Of a stretch of DNA of 52,804 nt, positions 46,280 to 52,804 are shown in pieces. Every line of letters starts with the position of its first letter. The stretch's first letter is position 1. The DNA is taken from the NCBI GenBank assembly GCA_021851165.1, contig JAJZJN010000001.1:1-52804 (forward strand). The letters run 5' to 3'. The position numbers and the translations under genes were made by a program. The notes below the pieces were generated by a model. It was given only the letters and a program-made list of their open reading frames with translations, had not been told where the DNA came from and did not search any database. The DNA comes from Actinomycetes bacterium (GTDB taxonomy: Bacteria > Actinomycetota > Acidimicrobiia > Acidimicrobiales > JAJZJN01).

Positions 46280-47425
46280 ATGGCTGAACCGGCAAGTGAA
46301 CCGAGGCCTGCCGAGGGTTCGGGACCGATCCTCGCCGTGAACGTAGGATCGAGCAGCCTGAAACTCTCCCTCGTCGACAGTGGCTATAGCACCTTGGCCA
46401 TGCGTGAGATCGACACTTCAGCCACCCGTGGCAGCATTCATGCCCGCGATCTCGCATCCCACCTGAGCGAGCTCGGCCCATTTGCGGCAAGCAGCCACCG
46501 CATTGTCCACGGCGGCGAGCGCTTCACCTCACCCGTCATCGTCGACCAACAGGTAATGAGCGACCTCGAGGACTTGGTGGACCTGGCCCCCCTGCACCAA
46601 CGCCGAGCGCTGGACGTGCTCGCCGCACTCATATCTGCCGTGCCAAATATACCGGCGATCGCGTGCTTCGACACTGCTTTCCATGCCACCATGCCTCCAG
46701 GCGCATCGACCTATGCTCTCCCTGCTGCCTGGCGGGTGGGTCTCGGCGTCAGGCGCTACGGCTTTCATGGCTTGTCCTATGCCTACGCGACCATGCGTAG
46801 CTCGGAGATGCTGGGGCACTCGCCCGCGGACCTCCGCCTGGTCATAGCGCACCTCGGCTCCGGTGCGTCGCTTGCAGCAGTTGCAGGAGGGCAGTCGGTG
46901 GACACCACCATGGGTTTCACGCCGCTGGAGGGGCTCGTCATGGCCACGCGTCCAGGCAACGTCGACCCAGGAGCCTTGACATGGCTCCTACGCAACGGGG
47001 TCAGCCCTGCCGACCTGGAGCATGGCCTCGATCACGAATGTGGACTGGCCGGCTTGACCGGCAGCCCGGACATGCGGGGCGTGCTCGCGGCATCCGCCTC
47101 CGGCGACCTCGATGCCCGCTTGGGGATCGAGGTCTACATGCACCGGCTCCGGGCGCTGGCAGCGTCCATGGTAGCGGCCATGGGAGGGCTGGATGCGCTT
47201 GTCCTCACCGGCGGGGTGGGCGAGAGAAGCCCTTACGTGCGCGAGCACCTGGCCCGCGGCCTCAGGTTTCTCGGCGTGGAAATCGATCCTGCCTTGAACC
47301 GTGACGCAACCTCCGGGGACTTCGTGGTGAGTCCTGCCGATGCCGCAGTCGCTGTCGTGGTTGTCGCTGCACGCGAGGACATCGAGCTCGCCCGGGGAGC
47401 GTACGAGCTGATCGCGCCAGGGTGA
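46280..47425 (+). CDS. ackA: Acetate kinase
   Basis: ILAVNVGSSSLKLSLV, HRIVHGGERF, LAPLHQRRAL, CFDTAFHATMP, RRYGFHGLSY and AHLGSGASL signatures. It lies directly downstream of xfp. Confidence 0.93.
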   Translation: MAEPASEPRPAEGSGPILAVNVGSSSLKLSLVDSGYSTLAMREIDTSATRGSIHARDLASHLSELGPFAASSHRIVHGGERFTSPVIVDQQVMSDLEDLVDLAPLHQRRALDVLAALISAVPNIPAIACFDTAFHATMPPGASTYALPAAWRVGLGVRRYGFHGLSYAYATMRSSEMLGHSPADLRLVIAHLGSGASLAAVAGGQSVDTTMGFTPLEGLVMATRPGNVDPGALTWLLRNGVSPADLEHGLDHECGLAGLTGSPDMRGVLAASASGDLDARLGIEVYMHRLRALAASMVAAMGGLDALVLTGGVGERSPYVREHLARGLRFLGVEIDPALNRDATSGDFVVSPADAAVAVVVVAAREDIELARGAYELIAPG

Positions 47426-47453
47426 CCGCTGGGCCGGCGCTAGCCTCAGGGCC

Positions 47454-49364
47454 ATGACCAGCTCCTCCCCAACCCTGCAGCCGCCCTCGAGTCAAAGGGT
47501 GCCCAGCAGCGCTGGCAGGGCGATGATCCGGGTGGAAAACATCAGGAAGTCCTTCGGAGACGTGGTAGCGCTCGACGGCGTGGACCTCGAGGTACCACGC
47601 GGCACCGTGCTCGGCCTCCTCGGTCCAAACGGGGCGGGCAAGACAACCCTCGTCAGGATCCTCACCACCCTGCTCACCCCCGACAGCGGGCATGCCGAGG
47701 TCGCTGGCTACGACGTTGTGGCGGACGCCAGACGCCTTCGAGCGGCAATCGGGCTGGCGGGCCAGCAGGTCGCCCTTGACGACCATCTAACCGGCAGGGA
47801 GAACCTGCAGATGGTGGCCAATCTGTACCACCTCGGGCGCAGGGAGGCTGCCCGGCGAGCAGACGAGCTGCTGACCCGCTTCGACTTGGACTGGGCCGAG
47901 GGCAGGACGGCCAAGGCCTACTCCGGAGGGATGCGACGCAGGCTGGACTTGGCTGCGAGCCTGGTAGGCGAGCCCCAGGTGCTCTTCCTCGACGAACCGA
48001 CAACTGGCCTCGACCCGAAGAGCCGAAATGACCTCTGGGAGGTGATAGAAGGTCTCGTAGCCGAGGGCACCACCCTGCTGCTGACCACCCAGTACCTGGA
48101 GGAAGCCGACCGTCTCGCAGATGCGATCGCCGTGGTCGACACCGGCCGTATCGTGGCCTACGGCACGGCGGACGAGCTGAAGGCGCAGATCGGTAACGAG
48201 ATGCTGGAGGTAACGCTCTCCGAGCGCTCCGAGTTAGGCGCGGCTCGTGCTGTGCTGGCCACCATAGGTGCCGGTGACCCGAAGGTGGACGAGCAGTCCA
48301 TGCGCATCGGCGTGGCTCTGAGAGGTGGCACGTCCAATCTGGTCGACGCCTTGAGACAGCTCGACCAAGCCGGTGTCCAGGTGGCAGACATGGCAGTCCA
48401 CCAGCCAACTCTCGACGATGTGTTCCTCACCTTGACGGAGGGCGCCGGGGCACCAGCCTCCGCTCAGCCGGCTGCACCTGCACCTGCACCTGCACCTGCA
48501 CCTGCACCTGCACCTGCACCTGCACCAGGCCAGGCAGTATCACTCGTTGCACCGAGTGCACCCCCGGCACCCGGACATACCGATCACCACCCTGGGCGCT
48601 CGCTAGACGATGCCATCTCCGACTTCCTTGTGATCGGCAAGCGCAATCTCCTGCGCTATATCCGCCTTCCGAACCTGCTCGTGGCCTCGACGATCCAGCC
48701 AGTGATGTTCGTCCTGCTGTTCACCTACGTGTTCGGGGGTGTGATGAAGCTGGACCTTCACGGGACATACGTGGATTACCTGATGCCTGGCATATTCACT
48801 CAGGCAGTGCTCTTCGGCTCGACCCAGACAGGTATCGGCTTGGCGCAGGATCTCACGACTGGGATGTTCGACCGCTTCCGCTCGCTGCCGATGGCCCGAT
48901 CTGCAGTTCTAGGCGGACGAACCCTAGCCGACGGAGCGCGGAACCTCATGGTGGTCCTGCTCATGACCGCCATCGGCGCTCTGCTCGGCTTCCGCTTCCA
49001 CGCCGGCGTACCTGCCGCTATCGCGGGACTGGCGCTCGTAGTCGCATTCGGCCTCTCCTTCTCGTGGATGTCGGCCGTGATAGGCCTGCTGGCCGGCGAT
49101 GTCGAATCGGCCCAGGCCGCTAGTTTCATCTGGATCCTTCCGCTCACCTTCGCGAGCTCGGCCTTCGTACCGGTGGCTACCATGCCCGGATGGCTCCAGG
49201 CGTTTGCCAAGGCAGATCCGGTGTCGCACACTGCCGATGCCCTGCGGAACCTGTTCTCCGGTGGACCGGTGGCCACCCAGCTGTGGGAGAGCATCGCATG
49301 GCTGGTCGGCATTCTCGTCGTATCCGTCCCTATAGCCGTGCGGCTGTATCGCCGGGCTACTTGA
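47454..49364 (+). CDS. Fused ABC exporter: DrrA-type ATPase domain plus an ABC-2 (DrrB-type) permease domain
   Basis: Nucleotide-binding domain (NBD): GLLGPNGAGKTTLVRIL, YSGGMRRRLDLAASL and LFLDEPTTGLDP. A Pro/Ala linker containing (AP)9 follows. The transmembrane domain (TMD) is a 6-helix ABC-2 permease (IGKRNLLRYIRLPNLLVASTIQPVMFVLLFTYVFGG...). Confidence 0.9.
   Translation: MTSSSPTLQPPSSQRVPSSAGRAMIRVENIRKSFGDVVALDGVDLEVPRGTVLGLLGPNGAGKTTLVRILTTLLTPDSGHAEVAGYDVVADARRLRAAIGLAGQQVALDDHLTGRENLQMVANLYHLGRREAARRADELLTRFDLDWAEGRTAKAYSGGMRRRLDLAASLVGEPQVLFLDEPTTGLDPKSRNDLWEVIEGLVAEGTTLLLTTQYLEEADRLADAIAVVDTGRIVAYGTADELKAQIGNEMLEVTLSERSELGAARAVLATIGAGDPKVDEQSMRIGVALRGGTSNLVDALRQLDQAGVQVADMAVHQPTLDDVFLTLTEGAGAPASAQPAAPAPAPAPAPAPAPAPAPGQAVSLVAPSAPPAPGHTDHHPGRSLDDAISDFLVIGKRNLLRYIRLPNLLVASTIQPVMFVLLFTYVFGGVMKLDLHGTYVDYLMPGIFTQAVLFGSTQTGIGLAQDLTTGMFDRFRSLPMARSAVLGGRTLADGARNLMVVLLMTAIGALLGFRFHAGVPAAIAGLALVVAFGLSFSWMSAVIGLLAGDVESAQAASFIWILPLTFASSAFVPVATMPGWLQAFAKADPVSHTADALRNLFSGGPVATQLWESIAWLVGILVVSVPIAVRLYRRAT
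48474..48527. repeat. Hexanucleotide repeat gcacct x8 (+1 imperfect), encoding (AP)9
   Basis: Read directly. It lies in frame in the NBD-TMD linker. Confidence 0.95.
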
Positions 49365-49408
49365 CGCGCCGCTACGCCTGTCTTGGCCTGCAGTGGCGGC
49401 TCCCTTCC

Positions 49409-49414
49409 TAGAAT
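49409..49414 (+). promoter_or_regulatory. Candidate -10 hexamer TAGAAT
   Basis: TCCTAGAAT, 89 nt upstream of the ATG at 49503. It shares CCTAGAWT with the two other candidate -10 elements in the window. Confidence 0.3.
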
Positions 49415-49452
49415 GCGACGAGCCTCGGGCCGCCATCGGCATAACCAAGCTT

Positions 49453-49466
49453 GGGACTTTCGTCCC
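49453..49466. promoter_or_regulatory. DosR/DevR-box-like palindrome GGGACTTTCGTCCC
   Basis: GGGAC-N4-GTCCC, to be compared with the published M. tuberculosis Dos box TTSGGGACTWWAGTCCCSAA. It ends 37 nt upstream of the ATG at 49503. Confidence 0.4.
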
Positions 49467-49502
49467 TATCACACCGCCTACCCGAGGGAGAAGGCTGTTA
49501 CC

Positions 49503-50282
49503 ATGAAGTTCTTGATGTCGGAAGGCCAACCATCCCCGGCTTCACACTTCGAGGTGAACTGGCAGAACGCAGCGGGTTCCCGACCCGAGGGCCACTTCGG
49601 GACGGTGAGGCCTGCTCTCTCGGGTCCCGAGGTTGGCCAATGGCTGCGAATGCTACTTGCGGACGTATGGTCCGATAGCGCCAACTTGAGCGGCTCGCCT
49701 GACTGCGACATCGCCTTCAAAGCACGCGCAGCAGATGGATGGAGCGGTATCGAGCACCTCACGGCGGCAGAGCAGGTCCTGGTTGCCAACGGCAACCGCC
49801 TCGAGCTTCTCGTGGACTCCAGAGGTGGCCCACCGCCATTCTTACCGGAGCCCAACTTGATCGAGCCGCCGCAGGTCCCTGCCGAGCTCACCACGGCTTC
49901 GGTGCTGGTACACCTCGCCCAGGCCGTAGAGCGCTTCGCTCGGGTCGTCGAAGTCCTGAGACCCCGCGATGGCGATATCACGTGGTTGAACGAGGCGGGA
50001 GAGCTCACTCTCTACGACCTCGTCTCGGTCACCACGGGCTCCGTCGAGAGGCATCTAAGCGCCTTCAGGAGCATCACGTACTCCTGCTACCCGACTACCG
50101 GTCGGCTCTGCTCCTCCTACCAGCCAGACGATCGCAGGCTGGCAAGCACCGGATTGGCCCGGCACTACAGCACCGATCGCAGCAGGGATCTAGTCGAGCG
50201 GATCACGGCACCGTGGAGCGACATCGGATCGGGTGGGCGCAGGAACCGGACGCGTCGCAGGTCATACATGATGCTCGCGTAG
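49503..50282 (+). CDS. Hypothetical protein (259 aa), no domain recognised
   Basis: GAGGGAGAAGG lies upstream of the ATG at 49503. Third codon positions are mostly G/C throughout. It is followed after 25 nt by the HDAC gene. The antisense 176-aa ORF is rejected as a GC artefact. Confidence 0.55.
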   Translation: MKFLMSEGQPSPASHFEVNWQNAAGSRPEGHFGTVRPALSGPEVGQWLRMLLADVWSDSANLSGSPDCDIAFKARAADGWSGIEHLTAAEQVLVANGNRLELLVDSRGGPPPFLPEPNLIEPPQVPAELTTASVLVHLAQAVERFARVVEVLRPRDGDITWLNEAGELTLYDLVSVTTGSVERHLSAFRSITYSCYPTTGRLCSSYQPDDRRLASTGLARHYSTDRSRDLVERITAPWSDIGSGGRRNRTRRRSYMMLA

Positions 50283-50307
50283 GCCTGGTAGGCATACGAT
50301 AGGCGCA

Positions 50308-51324
50308 GTGCTCGTAGTCACCTCCACACTCGGCGCCGATGAACATGACACCGGGGCCGACCACCCCGAACGACCTGAGCGGCTTGGTGCTGCACTTGCC
50401 GGGATCGACGAAGCAGGCCTTCAGGACGCGTGCTTGACCCTGGAGCCACGCCGGGCTTCCTACGAGGAGCTTGCGCTGGTTCACTCGCATGATTACCTGC
50501 TTTACCTGAGAACCGTCTGTGAGGCTGGCGGCGGCTACCTGGATGCCGACACACCCGTGTCCCGGGGATCGTGGGACACCGCCCTGCTTGCCGCAGGCTC
50601 AGGACTGGCTGCCATAGACTCCCTCGACAGCGGATCGGGAACTATGGCCTTCGTGGCCGTCCGTCCCCCAGGCCACCACGCGCTCGGAGACACTGCGATG
50701 GGATTCTGCCTCCTGAACAACATCTCGATCGCTGCACGCGCTCTGGCAGAACGCGGCGAGAGGGTCGCTATAGTCGACTACGACGTCCACCACGGGAATG
50801 GCACCCAGGCCATCTTCTGGAATGATCCCAGGGTGCTTTATACCTCTATCCATCAGTGGCCGCTGTTCCCCGGCACGGGACGCCTGGAGGACACGGGGGG
50901 ACCGGACGCCCCCGGCACCACACTGAACATCCCGCTGCCACCAGGGACTACCGGGGAAATCGTCCTGCGTGCTCTCGACGAGGTGATAGTGCCTGCCGTG
51001 GAGCACTTCGCGCCCACCTGGCTCCTCGTCTCGGCGGGTTTCGATGGTCATCGGGCCGACCCGCTTGCCGACTGGCGGCTGAGTGCTGGCGACTTCGCGG
51101 ACATAGCCTCGCGCGTGACCGGACTCTCGCCGGCACCCGGAAGGCTCCTTATGTTCCTCGAAGGCGGATATGACCTTGACGCGCTGTGCCGCTCGGTCGG
51201 CTCTACGCTCGCTGTGCTCGCCGGAGTGCGCTACAGGCCCGAGCCAGCTACTAGCGGTGGCCCCGGATCAAGCGCTGTGGACGCAGCGAGGAATGCCATG
51301 GCAGCGAGTGGAGTCGCCGGATGA
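50308..51324 (+). CDS. Zn-dependent histone-deacetylase-family (AcuC/HDAC class II-like) deacetylase
   Basis: HPERPERL, VRPPGHHA, DYDVHHGNGTQ, SAGFDGHRADPL and LEGGYDL signatures. Confidence 0.9.
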   Translation: MLVVTSTLGADEHDTGADHPERPERLGAALAGIDEAGLQDACLTLEPRRASYEELALVHSHDYLLYLRTVCEAGGGYLDADTPVSRGSWDTALLAAGSGLAAIDSLDSGSGTMAFVAVRPPGHHALGDTAMGFCLLNNISIAARALAERGERVAIVDYDVHHGNGTQAIFWNDPRVLYTSIHQWPLFPGTGRLEDTGGPDAPGTTLNIPLPPGTTGEIVLRALDEVIVPAVEHFAPTWLLVSAGFDGHRADPLADWRLSAGDFADIASRVTGLSPAPGRLLMFLEGGYDLDALCRSVGSTLAVLAGVRYRPEPATSGGPGSSAVDAARNAMAASGVAG

Positions 51325-52804
51325 GCCAGACATCGAGCCCGGAGTTGCTCCCGGCGGGCGCATACCCTGCCGCGATGGAGGCGGACGTCCTGTTGTCCGA
51401 CGGCACCACAGCTCATCTGCGACCGATACGCCCGGAAGACGCTCCAAGCCTCATAGCATTCCATGCCAGGCTCTCGGCCCAGAGCATCTACCGCCGCTTC
51501 TTCTCAGCGCATCCGCGTCTGAGCAGCTCGGAGGTGGAGCACTTCACGCAGGTGGACTACGTGGACCGCCTGGCGCTGGTCGCCGAAGTCGGCAACCGTC
51601 TCGTTGCCGTCGCCCGTTACGATCGCCTCGGCGGACGACCAGAGGCCGAGGTCGCTTTCGTCGTGAGTGACGACTACCAGGGACGTGGCCTCGGTAGCCT
51701 GCTCCTCGAGCATCTTGCTGCCGCTGGAGCAGAACGCGGGATCATGTCGTTCACGGCACAGACCCTGGTCGACAACGCCCCCATGCGTGACGTGTTCTCC
51801 TCTGCCGGCTTCGCCGAGCAGACGCACCTGGACCACGACGTCGTCGAAGTCCGTCTCGACATCACCCCGACAGAGGAATCAGTGGCTGCTGCCGAGCAGC
51901 GGGACCTCCGGGCTGCCGCTGCATCAATCGCCCGTCTCCTCCGGCCCAGCGCGGTCGCTGTCGTGGGAGCGGGACGCGAGCCCGGGGGCATTGGACACGA
52001 GATATTCGCGAACCTGCTGGCATCGGGTTTCACCGGCGTGCTGTACCCGGTCAACCACTCCGCTCATGGTGTCGCTGGCGTTCGCTCCTACAGCTCGGTG
52101 ATGGATGTGCCCGACCCCGTCGATCTCGCCGTCATCTCAGTCCCCGCATCCGACGTGCCTGCTGTCATAGATGACTGCGGCCGTAAGGGCGTCACGTCGG
52201 TAGTGGTCGTCTCTGCCGGCTTCGCAGAGACCGGAGCGGAGGGCGCTACCGCCGAGCACGGAATAGCCCATCTGGCGCACCGCCTGGGGATGCGCCTGGT
52301 CGGACCAAACTGCCTCGGGGTCGCGAACCTATCCCCTTCCATAGCGCTCAACGCCACTTTTGCCCCAACCCTTCCCCCGTTCGGCACGGTAGGACTTGCA
52401 TCCCAGTCCGGCGGGATCGGTATTGCCATCTTCGAGCAGGCGGCAGTGAGAGGCCTGGGGTTGTCGAGCTTCGTATCGCTCGGCAACAAGGCCGACGTCA
52501 GCGGCAACGACCTGCTCGCCTACTGGAAGGACGATCCGTCGACCCAGGTGATCCTGCTCTACCTGGAGTCGTTCGGTAACCCGCGACGGTTCATCCGCCT
52601 GGCTCGGGCCATAGGCCGGCGCAAGCCGATCGTCGTCGTGCGAGGCGGCAGGAGCCCCGCCGGCGTCCGTGGTGCAGGATCACACACAGGAGCCCTCGCC
52701 AGCCCTGAGCTGGTGGTCGAGGCAGCACTGAGCCAGGCAGGGGTAATTCGCGCCGACTCGCTCGGTGAGATGCTCGACCTGGCCGAGGTTCTCGCCAGCC
52801 AACC
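51321..52804 (+). CDS. Pat-type protein acetyltransferase: N-terminal GNAT domain plus NDP-forming acyl-CoA synthetase-like domain; 3' end lies outside the window
   Basis: My own translation from the ATG at 51321 (ATGA overlap with the HDAC stop): MSQTSSPELL...HLRPIRPEDAPSLIAFHARLS...VVSDDYQGRGLGSLLLEHL (GNAT), then PSAVAVVGAGREPGGIGHEIFANLL...VSAGFAETG...LVGPNCLGV...SQSGGIG...GNKADVSGNDLL (CoA-binding / succinyl-CoA-synthetase-like). The frame is open to base 52804. It is absent from the ORF track because no stop is reached. Confidence 0.85.
   Translation, partial: MSQTSSPELLPAGAYPAAMEADVLLSDGTTAHLRPIRPEDAPSLIAFHARLSAQSIYRRFFSAHPRLSSSEVEHFTQVDYVDRLALVAEVGNRLVAVARYDRLGGRPEAEVAFVVSDDYQGRGLGSLLLEHLAAAGAERGIMSFTAQTLVDNAPMRDVFSSAGFAEQTHLDHDVVEVRLDITPTEESVAAAEQRDLRAAAASIARLLRPSAVAVVGAGREPGGIGHEIFANLLASGFTGVLYPVNHSAHGVAGVRSYSSVMDVPDPVDLAVISVPASDVPAVIDDCGRKGVTSVVVVSAGFAETGAEGATAEHGIAHLAHRLGMRLVGPNCLGVANLSPSIALNATFAPTLPPFGTVGLASQSGGIGIAIFEQAAVRGLGLSSFVSLGNKADVSGNDLLAYWKDDPSTQVILLYLESFGNPRRFIRLARAIGRRKPIVVVRGGRSPAGVRGAGSHTGALASPELVVEAALSQAGVIRADSLGEMLDLAEVLASQ

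Overview
High-GC, Actinomycetota-like chromosomal segment. It has strongly G/C-biased third codon positions, many GTG/TTG starts and frequent ATGA/GTGA start-stop overlaps. Coding is dense, with about 40 protein genes. I recognised no rRNA, tRNA, CRISPR array, transposase, integrase or prophage gene. All calls rest on reading the supplied translations and DNA by eye. No homology search was run, and many start codons are uncertain.

Gene order, left to right:
- SLT lytic-transglycosylase fragment, then gltB-gltD on the minus strand.
- thiO-thiS-thiG, a SHOCT membrane protein, thiD, and a membrane protein.
- A TetR gene divergent from a translationally coupled four-gene lipid cassette: fatty acyl-CoA reductase (FAR) fused to a HAD-IB domain, a Zn alcohol dehydrogenase, a LarA-like protein and a PlsC-type acyltransferase.
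- On the minus strand, a HAD-IB/PlsC fusion coupled to a single-polypeptide MurT-GatD.
- LysR regulator, DUF1059 protein, EAL phosphodiesterase, GNAT acetyltransferase, a single-chain YefM-RelE/ParE fusion, YqgE/AlgH and a membrane protein.
- A stress-flavoured block: P3A-type H+-ATPase, universal stress protein (USP), a 1518-aa CtpH/CtpI-like ATPase, ChrA, a pyridoxamine-phosphate-oxidase-family (PPOX) protein, GH65 phosphorylase, a USP-like protein, USP, FtsH, a second PPOX-family protein, and phosphoketolase plus acetate kinase.
- A DrrA-DrrB fused ABC exporter.
- An orphan gene, an HDAC-type deacetylase and a GNAT/NDP-forming acyl-CoA-synthetase (Pat-type) gene that runs off the right edge.

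Most interesting observations:
1. The TetR-controlled FAR-HAD / ADH / LarA-like / PlsC cassette has most of an ether-lipid parts list plus an unexplained LarA homologue.
2. The N-terminal ~650 aa of the giant ATPase are a decayed, catalytically dead P1B-type ATPase module fused to an intact P2-type pump.
3. A single-chain antitoxin-toxin (YefM-RelE/ParE) is coupled to a GNAT gene.
4. MurT and GatD form one polypeptide.
5. A DosR-box-like palindrome lies upstream of the orphan-HDAC-Pat operon.
6. Short tandem duplications, mostly multiples of 3 bp, are unusually dense, and several look like intergenic iteron or operator elements.
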